The position numbers and the translations under genes are program-made. A stretch of 64,000 nucleotides of DNA from Acidimicrobiia bacterium. GTDB lineage: Bacteria > Actinomycetota > Acidimicrobiia > Spongiisociales > UBA4744. The notes under the pieces are model-generated. The model saw nothing but the letters and a program-made list of their open reading frames with translations, was not told the origin of the DNA and made no database searches. Positions 44,823-54,842 of the stretch are shown here, piece by piece; position 1 is the stretch's first letter; every line of letters begins with the position of its first letter. The stretch is taken from contig JAOTUY010000005.1 of the NCBI GenBank assembly GCA_029863625.1, positions 1,495-65,494 on the forward strand, in the 5' to 3' direction.

Positions 44823-45029
44823 ATGTCGGACCATGAGAAGGACGCCGACCTGCGAGACGGTGGATCCCCGACCGCGCATCTCGCCGGCGCCGCCCAAGCA
44901 GAAAAGGCCATCGCCGACGGCATAGAAACGGCAATCGGTACTCCGGCCAGCATCGAAGAAGAGCTCATGCTGGAAGCAGCCGAGCTGCTCGAGGTTGAGC
45001 TCCTCGAGGTTGAGCTACCCGAAAACTGA
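44823..45029 (+). CDS. small acidic hypothetical protein
   Basis: ATG preceded by a strong RBS (ggagaaggaggtcag). 68 aa with a Glu/Leu-rich C-terminus (ELLEVELLEVELPEN). Confidence 0.4.
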   Translation: MSDHEKDADLRDGGSPTAHLAGAAQAEKAIADGIETAIGTPASIEEELMLEAAELLEVELLEVELPEN

Positions 45030-45036
45030 GCTGCGC

Positions 45037-45372
45037 CTATTCGCTCGATTCGGGGGCAGCTACCGGTCCGCTCGCCCGTTCGAGTGCGCCCTCGAACAAG
45101 GCGACGTAGTGCATCTCCCGATGGTCGCGAGCCAGATCTAGCAGCGCTTCGATGGCACGTTCGGCAGCGACGCCGACTTCGTTGCCGCGCAACCCGGCCA
45201 CCTCATTGCCAAACGCACGGGCCCGTTGGTTAGCTTCGTGGCCAAAGGCCCTGCCGGGCTCTACTCCGTCGTCGAAGGGATGCATCGCTCGCGCTGCCAG
45301 CACAGCGTCCTGCTGTCCGCTCCCGTGCTCGTCGCGGAAGCGTGCCTCGGCTTTGGTCCGATCAGTATTCAC
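45037..45372 (-). CDS. hypothetical protein
   Basis: 111-aa helical ORF convergent with the small acidic gene. No motif recognised. Confidence 0.4.
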   Translation of the reverse strand: MNTDRTKAEARFRDEHGSGQQDAVLAARAMHPFDDGVEPGRAFGHEANQRARAFGNEVAGLRGNEVGVAAERAIEALLDLARDHREMHYVALFEGALERASGPVAAPESSE

Positions 45373-45559
45373 CAGGAATCTCCCTCCGTCTCATCGCCCC
45401 TACCTTACGCCCCGAAAGGAAGACGATGCGATGGAAATGAACCTCGGCGGGAATGGGGCGATGAGACATTCGAGCAAGTAGTAGAGAAGGGCGATGAAAC
45501 GGGATGAGCCGGCCGGTCGGTGCTCTCGTGGCTGGCAGCTACATGCTCGTGGCTCGCAG

Positions 45560-46324
45560 CTAATTACTAAACGTCACCGCTACCACGGGAGCCCAGCGCG
45601 ACGCCATACTGCTGTACCGCCCGATCGCCTCATCCATGTCGCCCGCCTCGAGTGCCTCGATCGAACCCCAGATGTCGCCTGCGCTTTCGTCGAGCACCAG
45701 GTCGCCCTCGCCGAACAAGCGGGCCACCCCCCCGTAGTCGAGTTCCACCATCGAGTCCTCCGGGAAGTCATCCAACCATTCGGCCAACTCTTCCAGGTCG
45801 TCGGTGACCGAGCCATTGAAGCCGGCCTCCTTGAGAGCGATGAGAGCACGCTCGAGCCGCTGCGAAGACAATGTCAAAAGGGTCCGATAGCGAAGCCGGA
45901 GATGATCGGAGGTCTGGACAATCTCGCGCTCCTCCGGGTCGAAAGCTGAGAACCACCGGAGAGGCACGTGCCACGGAGCCGTGAGGATGTGCGACCGTTC
46001 CGCCGGTCGTTTCTCGTACAGACGCTGCAACTCCCGCCCGGCTCGTCGGGCGATGTTCTCCGGCACGATCAAGTCTCCGCCGATCTCCCCATAGGTGTTG
46101 TGGAACGCCAGCAAGCCTTCCAACATGCGGAGGTGCGGGTGGCGGGGACATACAAAACGCCGCCCCGACCAGTCCGCATGCAAGGCGTCTTCGTGCATCG
46201 ACTCGCCAAGCAGGCCATACCTCCCGGACCGCAGAGTCCGAAGCACGCCGGAGTCGGGGGCGGGTTCTTGCGCCGGGAACTTCTCGGCAGCGATGTACAC
46301 CCGAAGGAACGATGACGGTGTCAT
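45560..46324 (-). CDS. hypothetical protein
   Basis: 254-aa ORF with a coding-like composition and an acidic C-terminal half. It is preferred over the 151-aa antisense ORF at 45494-45949, which is Arg/His-rich. Confidence 0.5.
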   Translation of the reverse strand: MTPSSFLRVYIAAEKFPAQEPAPDSGVLRTLRSGRYGLLGESMHEDALHADWSGRRFVCPRHPHLRMLEGLLAFHNTYGEIGGDLIVPENIARRAGRELQRLYEKRPAERSHILTAPWHVPLRWFSAFDPEEREIVQTSDHLRLRYRTLLTLSSQRLERALIALKEAGFNGSVTDDLEELAEWLDDFPEDSMVELDYGGVARLFGEGDLVLDESAGDIWGSIEALEAGDMDEAIGRYSSMASRWAPVVAVTFSN

Positions 46325-46462
46325 GGGTCCGGATGCTAATGAAGTGCTGCGCCAAGGTCCTGCTCAGGGACCAATGCGCTCCGCGATGCGACCACAAGCC
46401 CGCAACGAAATATGGTGCTCCGTTAGAATGAGAACAGTTCGCCTCCGAAAGGACGCACGCAC

Positions 46463-47560
46463 ATGGGCGTCTTCACTCTGGTCGAAAAGGCCGGCCACGA
46501 ACAGGTTCTTTTCGGCCACGATCCGGAGTCCGGTTTGCGGACCATCATCGCGATTCACTCAACAGCCCTCGGTCCCGCTCTCGGCGGGACTCGCTTTTTT
46601 CCCTACGACACCGAAGAGCAGGCGCTGGGGGATGTTCTCCGCCTGTCACGCGGCATGACCCTGAAAGCGGCCGCCGCCGGACTGGACCTGGGTGGCGGAA
46701 AAGCGGTCATCATCGGAGATCCCCACCGTGACAAGAGCGAACGTCTCTGGCGGGCGTACGGCCGCATGGTCGATTCGTTCAACGGGCGGTACATCACTGC
46801 CGAGGATGTGGGCACCACATCGCTCGATCTGTCCATCGTCAGACGCGAGACCCGATGGGTGTGCGGCGTGCCCATCGAGGAGGGCGGATCGGGCGATCCC
46901 TCCCCTGCCACGGCCATTGGCCTGTTGGCCGCACTCAAAGCAACAGCCGATTTTCTGTGGGGTTCTGAGGATCTCATCGGTAGGCGGGTGGCCGTCCAGG
47001 GAGTTGGCAAGGTCGGCTACTACCTCACCGGTCTGCTCAGGAACGAAGGAGTCGAGGTGGTTGTCGCCGACGTCTACCAACCTGCAATCGCCCGGGCCGT
47101 AGAAGATTTTGGGGTCAAGGCCGTAGGAATCGAAGAGATCATGACCGTCGATTGTGACGTGTTTGCTCCCTGCGCCCTCGGTGCCGTTCTCAACGAAGAG
47201 AGCATTCCCAAACTCGGGTGCGAGGCCGTGGCCGGGAGCGCCAACAATCAGTTGGAGAAAGATGACGACGCGTTGCTGCTGGCCGAGCGCGGCATTCTCT
47301 ATGCGCCCGACTTCCTGGTCAATGCGGGTGGCCTCATCAACGTTTTCGAGGAGTTGATCGGTTACTCAAACCAGCGAGCGATGCATCGCGTCGCCGCCAT
47401 CGGCCGGCGCACGCTGGACGTCCTGACCGCAGCCAAAGAAAAGGGCATCCTCCCCCTGGACGCTGCTCTGCAGCTGGCGAATGAGCGCATCGAGGCGATC
47501 AGCGACTTACGCCGCTTGTCACGGGGCGACCTTGCCCGGACGGAAGTCAACGGAACCTGA
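46463..47560 (+). CDS. Leu/Val dehydrogenase (Glu/Leu/Phe/Val dehydrogenase family)
   Basis: GGGKAVIIGDP is the active-site Lys region, GVGKVGYYL is the NAD Rossmann motif, and the 365-aa length is typical of valine/leucine dehydrogenases. Confidence 0.85.
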   Translation: MGVFTLVEKAGHEQVLFGHDPESGLRTIIAIHSTALGPALGGTRFFPYDTEEQALGDVLRLSRGMTLKAAAAGLDLGGGKAVIIGDPHRDKSERLWRAYGRMVDSFNGRYITAEDVGTTSLDLSIVRRETRWVCGVPIEEGGSGDPSPATAIGLLAALKATADFLWGSEDLIGRRVAVQGVGKVGYYLTGLLRNEGVEVVVADVYQPAIARAVEDFGVKAVGIEEIMTVDCDVFAPCALGAVLNEESIPKLGCEAVAGSANNQLEKDDDALLLAERGILYAPDFLVNAGGLINVFEELIGYSNQRAMHRVAAIGRRTLDVLTAAKEKGILPLDAALQLANERIEAISDLRRLSRGDLARTEVNGT

Positions 47561-47571
47561 AGGGAGCGTTC

Positions 47572-49602
47572 GTGGAGGCAATAGCGGAGCTGAAGGAAGA
47601 CCACCGCGACCTGGGTCTCACCGATGAACAAGTCCTGGGAATGTACCGGACCATGCTCGAGGCCCGACGGGTCGATGATCGGATGTGGGCACTGAACCGG
47701 CAGGGCCGCGCCCCGTTTGTGGTGTCGTCTTCGGGACATGAAGGAGCTCAGGTCGCCAGCGTCCTGGCGATGAATCCCGACATCGACTGGTGTCTTCCGT
47801 ACTACCGCGATGTCGGCGTCGTCCTGGGATGGGGTTTCCGCCCTCTCGACATCTTCCATGGCGTCTTCTCCCGAAAAGCCGATCCGACCAGTGGAGGGCG
47901 GCAGATGCCGAATCACTGGTCACTGCGAGAGCGGCGCATGTTCACCCACTCCTCCCCGATCGCAACGCAGTACCCGCACGCCGCCGGAATCGCATACGCG
48001 ATTCAGAAAGACGGCCGGCCGGGCGTGGTAGCCGTATATGGCGGTGAGGGTTCGACCTCTGAGGGCGACTGGCACGAGGCAATGAACTTCGCCGGTATCC
48101 ATCGCCTGCCCCTGATCGTCGTCATCGAGAACAACCAGTACGCCATCTCTGTGCCGGTGGCCGAAGAGGTGGCGGGCCAGGTTGCCGATCGGGCGCTCGG
48201 CTACGGCATACACGGAGTGGCCGTCGACGGCAACGACCCCCTGGCGATGTATGCCATCGCCCGCGAAGCCATCGACCGGGCCCGGAACGGCGAGGGGCCG
48301 ACCCTCATCGAAGCTAAGACCTACCGCTACTACGCCCACACATCTGATGACGACGACAAGCTGTACCGCAGCCGTGAAGAGGTCGAATCATGGCGACGCC
48401 GGGACCCGCTCATACTTCTCAAGCAGTACCTGATAGAGACCAGACTGCTGAGCGAGACGCTCGAAGAGCAGATGGAAACCGAGATTGCCGGAGAACTGGA
48501 AGAAGCGGTGAAGCAAGCCGAGGCCGCTCCGGTCGGCGACGATCCGCTCGCCCGTGTCTACGCCCTGCCGATATTCCCGACGGATCCGGTCACCAGCGTC
48601 GAGGCCGAACCGGCTGGTGAAGAAGTCAGCATCATCACCGCCATCAACCAGACCTTGCATGAGGTGATGGCCACCCATCCCGAAGCCCTGATCTTCGGGG
48701 AGGACGTCGCAGACCCAAAGGGAGGCGCCTTCAAGGCAACCAAGGGCATCACCGAGGCATTCGGGAAGGACCGTTGTTTCAACACACCACTGGCTGAATC
48801 CCTCATTATTGGTATCGGCGTGGGAATGGCTGCCGCCGGCAAGATCCCGATACCTGAGATCCAGTTCGCCGACTTCATCCACCCCGCCTTCGACCAGATC
48901 CTTTCTGAGGTTGCCCGGATCCACTACCGCACCGACGGCGACTGGACGTGCCCGATGGTGATCCGGGTTCCCTATGGAGGAGGGATCCATGGGGCCCTCT
49001 ATCATTCGCAATCAATCGAGGCGTTCTACGCGCACATCCCCGGGCTCAAGGTGGTCATACCTTCGACACCGGCCGACGCCAAGGGATTGCTGGTCTCGTC
49101 GGTTGAGGATCCTGATCCCGTCATGTTCCTCGAACCGAAGAAGCTGTACCGCCTGGCCAAGGGACCCTATCCCGCCGGCGACCACCGGGTTCCGCTCGGC
49201 CGGGCGGCCATCCGTCGGGCCGGCACCGATCTGACCATTGTGGCCTACGGAGCCATGTCCTACTTCACACTGGAGGCCGCCGATATCCTTTCCGAACAGG
49301 GCGTTTCAGCCGAAGTGATCGATCTTCGGTCGATCAAGCCTCTCGACTGGCCAACGCTGGAAACCTCCCTGGCGAAGACGGGCCGTCTTCTGATCGTGCA
49401 CGAAGACAACGAATTCGTCGGATTCGGAGCCGAGATCGCCGCCCAGGCTGCAGACAAGGCCTTCGAATTGCTCGATGCGCCGGTGCGCAGGTACGCAACG
49501 CCCGACGTGCCCACCTTCCCGTTTGCCTCCGAACTTGAAGCGATGGTTATGCCCAACACCGCAGGGATCGTGCGCCACGCGCTTGCGTTGGCAGAGTATT
49601 GA
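47572..49602 (+). CDS. 2-oxoisovalerate (branched-chain alpha-keto acid) dehydrogenase E1 component with fused alpha and beta subunits
   Basis: GTG start after gaaggga. The N-terminal half is E1-alpha-like with a TPP-binding motif (GDGATSEGD-like GEGSTSEGDWHE...N). The C-terminal half is E1-beta-like (EDVADPKGGAFKATKGI, transketolase-C-like). The 676 aa are in a single ORF. Confidence 0.85.
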   Translation: MEAIAELKEDHRDLGLTDEQVLGMYRTMLEARRVDDRMWALNRQGRAPFVVSSSGHEGAQVASVLAMNPDIDWCLPYYRDVGVVLGWGFRPLDIFHGVFSRKADPTSGGRQMPNHWSLRERRMFTHSSPIATQYPHAAGIAYAIQKDGRPGVVAVYGGEGSTSEGDWHEAMNFAGIHRLPLIVVIENNQYAISVPVAEEVAGQVADRALGYGIHGVAVDGNDPLAMYAIAREAIDRARNGEGPTLIEAKTYRYYAHTSDDDDKLYRSREEVESWRRRDPLILLKQYLIETRLLSETLEEQMETEIAGELEEAVKQAEAAPVGDDPLARVYALPIFPTDPVTSVEAEPAGEEVSIITAINQTLHEVMATHPEALIFGEDVADPKGGAFKATKGITEAFGKDRCFNTPLAESLIIGIGVGMAAAGKIPIPEIQFADFIHPAFDQILSEVARIHYRTDGDWTCPMVIRVPYGGGIHGALYHSQSIEAFYAHIPGLKVVIPSTPADAKGLLVSSVEDPDPVMFLEPKKLYRLAKGPYPAGDHRVPLGRAAIRRAGTDLTIVAYGAMSYFTLEAADILSEQGVSAEVIDLRSIKPLDWPTLETSLAKTGRLLIVHEDNEFVGFGAEIAAQAADKAFELLDAPVRRYATPDVPTFPFASELEAMVMPNTAGIVRHALALAEY

Positions 49603-49702
49603 ATCGGCAGAGGTTTGTTCTTGGTTCATAGTTCCTAATTCCTGTCACTCGGTCGTACTTCGGGCGAGTAACCTCGCCGCTCGGAGGTGTGCGGTGGGAC
49701 TC

Positions 49703-50212
49703 ATGGATGATCTCGGCTACGAGGCGAAGTCACCGAATAGGCTGCAACAAGTCATGCAGAGGCTCGGGTCCACCCGCCTGAGTGGACGGATACTTTCCAA
49801 GACCCTTTATCCGATGGACAGAGCACTTTTCAAGGCGACCGGCGGCCGGACGACCGTCTCGGGCGTTCTGGGGGGGTTAGCGGTGATCATGCTGACCACC
49901 ACCGGGGCCAAGAGCGGCAAGCTGCGGACCATGCCGCTGATCGGGATCCCGCTGGGAAACGACCTGGCGATCATCGGCACCAATTATGGGCAAGAATCCA
50001 CACCGGGCTGGGTCTACAACCTCGAAGCCAGCCCGGCGGCAGCAGTCGGGTACAGGGATAAGATCGTGGCCGTCACAGCCCGACGAGCCGACGAGAGTGA
50101 GACGGACAGGGCGTTCGATCTGGCAGCCGCCGTGTTAACCGCCTATGCCGAGTACCGCCTCCGGGCGGACCACCGCGCCATCCGAGCGTTCGTTCTCCAG
50201 TCAACGGCCTGA
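49703..50212 (+). CDS. deazaflavin(F420H2)-dependent nitroreductase family protein (DUF385)
   Basis: TTTGAKSGKLRTMPLIGIP...IIGTNYGQESTPGWVYNLEASP...YAEYRLRADHRAIRAFVL matches the DUF385/PNPOx-like family pattern. The start is taken at MDDLG. Confidence 0.65.
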   Translation: MDDLGYEAKSPNRLQQVMQRLGSTRLSGRILSKTLYPMDRALFKATGGRTTVSGVLGGLAVIMLTTTGAKSGKLRTMPLIGIPLGNDLAIIGTNYGQESTPGWVYNLEASPAAAVGYRDKIVAVTARRADESETDRAFDLAAAVLTAYAEYRLRADHRAIRAFVLQSTA

Positions 50213-50305
50213 GCCGCCAGAGCCCCTGCTGGGACCGGGTATGCAGACTGAGGCTGGCAGCTTGAGCCGCGTTCCCAGTTCGTAACCATTGACATCGGTC
50301 GATAG

Positions 50306-50335
50306 ATCATATATGATTCGATGTAGATCGAATCA
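50306..50335. promoter_or_regulatory. overlapping palindromes in an AT-rich upstream region (ATCATATATGAT; TGATTCGAT-GTAG-ATCGAATCA)
   Basis: A 12-bp perfect palindrome and a 9-4-9 perfect inverted repeat, read directly. They lie 25-55 bp upstream of the ArsR-like regulator gene, in the most AT-rich stretch of the window. Confidence 0.55.
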
Positions 50336-50359
50336 TTCGGATATTCTGAAAGTGAGAGG

Positions 50360-51448
50360 ATGATGTCAAGCGGACCCCGGGTAAGGGACTTCACCGATCA
50401 GGACCGTGAATTGCGGGTGGACATCGATCCCTCGCCGGTCCACGAGGTGCTATCGGCATTGTTTGTGGCCGCCCACAGCTCAAAAGCTGCGGAATATGAG
50501 ATCGGTTCGCATGTCATCGAACTGTTCAACCTCTATGCCTCCGACCAGCTGAAGGCTGATATGCGGGCCACGGGACACTGTGGTGAAGTGTGGCTGTGGT
50601 TGATCGGTGTCGCACACTCCCTCCCGGAGCCCCGCACCGCGGAATCCCTCGTGGCTTACCTGGAGATGATGGACCCTGTGTCGATGCGGCGAGAACTGCT
50701 GGGCACTGCCTGCATCACGGAATCGAAAGGCTTTGAGCTTGCGGCCATCGAGGGCGCCGCCGCCGGGGAGACCGAGTCGGTGGACAGTCTCTTCGAACAG
50801 CTCGACGCTGAATCGGGATTGCGGTCCATCCTCCAACTCAGCCCCACCGACACCCGTGAGAAACTGGTGCGAATCGTGCAGCAGTTCACAGACGAAGTCT
50901 TCCCGAAGCTCGAGATCGACCAGTCCGTCCGGGAGCGGGACGCCGGAGACAAGCGGGCAATGGCCCGCACGCTGGCCGCCGACCGGCTGGTGGAAACCGC
51001 CACGAATGGCATCACCTTCACGCCCCGGCCTGACGTGGGAGGAGTGGTGCTGATCCCGTCGATCGTGGCCCGCCCGTGGGTGTTCATCACCGACTACGCG
51101 GCATTGCGCATTTTCGTCTACCCGGTGGCCGATGAGCACTTGGCCGAAGATCCGGACGCCCCTCCCGGCTATCTGATCGAACTCTACAAAGCACTAGGCG
51201 ACGAGAGCCGTCTGCGCATCCTGGGCATGCTCAGCGACGGACCTATGAGTCTGGCGGACATCACCGAGCGTCTCGATCTCGCCAAATCCACGGCCCACCA
51301 TCACCTGCGGGTGTTGCGGACGGCTGGGCTGGTGCGGGTATCCATAGATGAAACCAGGGCCTACAGCTTACGGAGTGGTGCTATGTCCGAGGCCGGGCAG
51401 TTGCTAGAGCGGTACTTGGCCGAGCGACCCACTCGAGACGCTACCTGA
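50360..51448 (+). CDS. ArsR/SmtB-family transcriptional regulator with a long N-terminal domain
   Basis: The C-terminal winged HTH reads YKALGDESRLRILGMLSDGPMSLADITERLDLAKSTAHHHLRVLRTAGLV. The roughly 250-aa N-terminal domain is of unknown function. Confidence 0.75.
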   Translation: MMSSGPRVRDFTDQDRELRVDIDPSPVHEVLSALFVAAHSSKAAEYEIGSHVIELFNLYASDQLKADMRATGHCGEVWLWLIGVAHSLPEPRTAESLVAYLEMMDPVSMRRELLGTACITESKGFELAAIEGAAAGETESVDSLFEQLDAESGLRSILQLSPTDTREKLVRIVQQFTDEVFPKLEIDQSVRERDAGDKRAMARTLAADRLVETATNGITFTPRPDVGGVVLIPSIVARPWVFITDYAALRIFVYPVADEHLAEDPDAPPGYLIELYKALGDESRLRILGMLSDGPMSLADITERLDLAKSTAHHHLRVLRTAGLVRVSIDETRAYSLRSGAMSEAGQLLERYLAERPTRDAT

Positions 51449-51463
51449 TCAAAGGAGACAGAC

Positions 51464-51685
51464 ATGCAAGGACTATTGCACCAATACGTGATGGAGGAGA
51501 TGACCCGGGCTCGCAGGGCAGAGCTGGCAGAGAACGCCCGGGCCCACAGTCTCCGGGCCAGGGCCGTTTCGTATGCCGGGTGGCGAGATCGCGTCGGACT
51601 GAGATTGATCCACGCCGGCGTCCACCTCGTATCTCGTCCTCTCGAGGTCAGGGTACGGCCCAGCCAATCGATCGCCTATCGCTGA
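51464..51685 (+). CDS. small hypothetical protein
   Basis: 73-aa ORF starting 16 bp after the ArsR-like gene, with RBS caaaggagacagac before the ATG. Confidence 0.35.
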   Translation: MQGLLHQYVMEEMTRARRAELAENARAHSLRARAVSYAGWRDRVGLRLIHAGVHLVSRPLEVRVRPSQSIAYR

Positions 51686-52005
51686 CCTGCCGCGGTCCGA
51701 TCACCCATCGAGATCTCCCCGGCAGTGGGGCCGATGAACCCGCCACGGCGCAGAGAATGGGTGGACTTCTGGGACCCGGCTGGTCCGAGGACGGGCCGGG
51801 TGACCGAACCGCTATTGGCCCCGCCTGGCGAAGAAGAGCCGCCGAGCACGCTCAGCACAGCCAGGTGGACTGCGCGCACTGTTTCTGTTGACCCTGCGCC
51901 CAATGCTTCGACCTACCACGCTCCAAACCCCCGGCCACAACCGCCAAGGGACTGAGGCGGCGCATCGGCAGCCTATCCTGCAAGCAGTCTCGACAACGGC
52001 AGCCC

Positions 52006-53766
52006 ATGACTCTCCTCAACGACCTCACCCGAATCTTCGGTGACGCCTTCGAGCAGACCGGTCTCGATCGGGCGCTCGGCACTGTGGTCGTCTCGCAACG
52101 GCCCGATCTCGGCGAGTTCCAATGCAACGGTGCGCTGCCCGCCGCGAAGACGACCGGACGACCTCCGCGAGAGATTGCGCAGGACATCGTTGATCGGGTG
52201 CAAGGCGACGATCGATTCGCGGTCCTCTCGCTGGCCGGACCCGGGTTCATCAACATCAGCCTGACCGACAGCTTTCTGGCCAAAGCCATGCAGCTGGTCA
52301 TCGACGACCCGCGGGTCGGGGTGCCCGAGGTTCGGCCCCGGAAAGTGCTGGTCGACTACGGCGGACCTAACGTCGCCAAAGAGATGCATGTGGGACACCT
52401 CAGAGCCACCATCATCGGCGACTCCCTCAAACGGATCGCTCGATTCCTCGGTCACGACACGCTCGGCGACGCCCATTTCGGGGACTGGGGCACCCAAATG
52501 GGCATGCTCATCGTCGAGATCGCCCACCGGAACCCCGAGCTTCCGTTCTTCGACCCTGCCTATACGGGCCAGTATCCGGCGATCGATATCACTCTCGACG
52601 ATCTCGAAGCGATGTACCCACTGGTCTCAGCCCGCTGTGTTGAAGACCCCGTGGAGGCAGACCGTGCCCGCATCGCTACTTTCGAATTGCAGCAAGGCCG
52701 GTCCGGTTATCGGGCGCTCTGGCAACAACTCCACGACATCTCGATGGCGGCCCACCGTCGAGACTTCGCCAGCCTGGGTGTCGAGTTCGACCTCTGGCAC
52801 GGCGAGTCAACCGTGCACGAGCGGATCGGTCCAATGATCGAACGTCTCCGCGAGGCCGGTGTCGTCACCGAGAGCGAGGGCGCCATGGTCATCGCCATCG
52901 ATGAACCGGGAGACAAGACCGAAATGCCCCCGTTCCTGGTCGCCAAATCGGACGGCGGATTCCTGTATTCGACAACCGACCTGGCCACCGTCGAAGCACG
53001 GGTCGATGAACTGAAGCGCGAAGTCCTGCTGTATGTCGTCGACGCGCGCCAATCGTTTCACTTCGACCAAGTGTTCCGGGCGGCGCGGCGCGGCGGCATC
53101 GCACCGGAAAGCGTCGAATTGGAGCACATCAAGTTCGGAACCATGAACGGCCCGGACGGTAGACCGTTTCAGACTCGCAAGGGTGGAGTGCTCAAGCTGC
53201 ACGACCTGATCTCCATGGTGACCGAAGCGGCGGACCAACGCCTCTCGGAAGCCGACATCGCCCAGGAGTACCCGGAGACCGAGCGAATCGAAATCGCCCG
53301 GCAGGTGGGCCTGGGCGCTCTGAAGTTCGGAGATCTGAGCAACCACCGGACCTCCAACTATCTGTTCGATCTGGACCGTTTCGCGTCGTTTGAGGGGAAG
53401 ACCGGGCCCTATTTGCAGTACTCGGCGGTCCGGATCAAATCGATCCTCCGTAACGCCGAGGAGGCCGGGCTGTCTCCGGGACCGCTCGTACCGCCCGGGG
53501 TCGATACGGAACGCAACCTATTGCTGCATCTGGCACGGCTGCCCGAAGTTCTCGAACGAACCTTCGAACTCCGCGCTCCCAACCACGTTGCCGAGTACGC
53601 CTACGACGTGGCCACTCAGTTCAACCGCTTCTATGAGGAATGCCACATTCTCCGGGAGGAGGACCCGGCTCGACAGGCGTCGTGGCTGGCTCTCGTCGAT
53701 CTGACCTTACGGGAGCTCCACCTGCTGCTCGATTTGCTCGGCATCGAGGTCCCCGAAAAGATGTGA
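52006..53766 (+). CDS. argS: arginine--tRNA ligase
   Basis: The class-I HIGH motif is present as MHVGHLR, and the anticodon-binding DALR-type C-terminus and the 586-aa length are typical of ArgRS. Confidence 0.9.
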   Translation: MTLLNDLTRIFGDAFEQTGLDRALGTVVVSQRPDLGEFQCNGALPAAKTTGRPPREIAQDIVDRVQGDDRFAVLSLAGPGFINISLTDSFLAKAMQLVIDDPRVGVPEVRPRKVLVDYGGPNVAKEMHVGHLRATIIGDSLKRIARFLGHDTLGDAHFGDWGTQMGMLIVEIAHRNPELPFFDPAYTGQYPAIDITLDDLEAMYPLVSARCVEDPVEADRARIATFELQQGRSGYRALWQQLHDISMAAHRRDFASLGVEFDLWHGESTVHERIGPMIERLREAGVVTESEGAMVIAIDEPGDKTEMPPFLVAKSDGGFLYSTTDLATVEARVDELKREVLLYVVDARQSFHFDQVFRAARRGGIAPESVELEHIKFGTMNGPDGRPFQTRKGGVLKLHDLISMVTEAADQRLSEADIAQEYPETERIEIARQVGLGALKFGDLSNHRTSNYLFDLDRFASFEGKTGPYLQYSAVRIKSILRNAEEAGLSPGPLVPPGVDTERNLLLHLARLPEVLERTFELRAPNHVAEYAYDVATQFNRFYEECHILREEDPARQASWLALVDLTLRELHLLLDLLGIEVPEKM

Positions 53767-53855
53767 GGGTCGTTTCCGGGTTTCGGGGTTTCAGGTCTCG
53801 GCAAGATGGGCTCGTTTTGGGGGTCGTAGCACCAGGGCACTTCCTGCGCCGACCT

Positions 53856-54737
53856 ATGCTTTTGGCTATGACCATCCGACCGGCCCGGCCTGAGGACAAG
53901 GCGGCCATCGCGGCTTTCACTACCGACACGTTTTCGTGGGGTGACTACGTGGCAGATGCTTTTGATTCGTGGATGGACAACCCCGACGGTCAGATTCTGG
54001 TTGCCGCCACGGATACGGACGAAGCCGTCGGAATGGCTCACGTGTCCATGCTGTCACCGACCGAGGCGTGGGCTCAGGCCGCCCGAGTCCATCCGGATCA
54101 TCGGCGACAGGGCATCGCCGGACGTCTCACCAGGGCGGGTGAGATCTGGGCAGCCGGGCAGGGAGCCCTGGTCATGCGCCTCGTGACCGAGGATTGGAAC
54201 CAACCCGCCCAGCGCCAGGTCGAGAAGTCGGGATACCGGTCGGTGGCGAAATGGACGATGGCGCAGAAGGGCGTTGGCAGTTCGGTACCGACCGTTCCCG
54301 GGAACGGCGGTCGGAGAGCACCGGCCGAAGAGCGGTTGCGACCATCCTCGATCCACGAGGTAGAACCGGCGTTCCTGGCTTGGTCGACCGGGGATTTGAT
54401 AACTGCCGGACACGCCCTTTTCCCCGCCGTCGGGTGGATGTGGCGTCAGATGACCCTCGACGACGTTGCGAAGACAGCCCGGTCTCGATCTCTCTGGGAT
54501 TGTCCGGCCGGCTGGCTGATCGGAACGATCGAGGAGGATATGTTCTGGGTTTCGTGGATTGTCACCGGTCCCGAAGACACCTACCGGCTATTCAAGGCCG
54601 CCATTGACCTGGCGGGAGAGCAGGGAGCCGAACGTCTGCGCTTGCTCTTCCCTCAAACCGACTCACTGACGCTGGCGGCCCAGCGGGCCGGCATGGAGCT
54701 GCATCCGCTACTCGTGTACGAGAAGCCGCTGAGATAG
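53856..54737 (+). CDS. GNAT family N-acetyltransferase
   Basis: MTIRPARPEDKAAIAAF is the GNAT N-terminus and HPDHRRQGIAGRL is acetyl-CoA motif A. The start could be 53856 (MLLAMTIRP) or 53868 (MTIRP). Confidence 0.7.
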   Translation: MLLAMTIRPARPEDKAAIAAFTTDTFSWGDYVADAFDSWMDNPDGQILVAATDTDEAVGMAHVSMLSPTEAWAQAARVHPDHRRQGIAGRLTRAGEIWAAGQGALVMRLVTEDWNQPAQRQVEKSGYRSVAKWTMAQKGVGSSVPTVPGNGGRRAPAEERLRPSSIHEVEPAFLAWSTGDLITAGHALFPAVGWMWRQMTLDDVAKTARSRSLWDCPAGWLIGTIEEDMFWVSWIVTGPEDTYRLFKAAIDLAGEQGAERLRLLFPQTDSLTLAAQRAGMELHPLLVYEKPLR

Positions 54738-54842
54738 CAGCCAACAACCGGCGACCAGCGACCATTCCTAACATGTTCTGGCCGGAAACTGGAGCGAGGC
54801 GGGCCGGCAGCTCGCGGCGGCGGAGCGAAGCTTCGGACCCGG

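Noticed and set aside
45494-45949. 151-aa plus-strand ORF
   Set aside because: It overlaps the more coding-like 254-aa minus-strand ORF at 45560-46324 and is Arg/His-rich with no motif.
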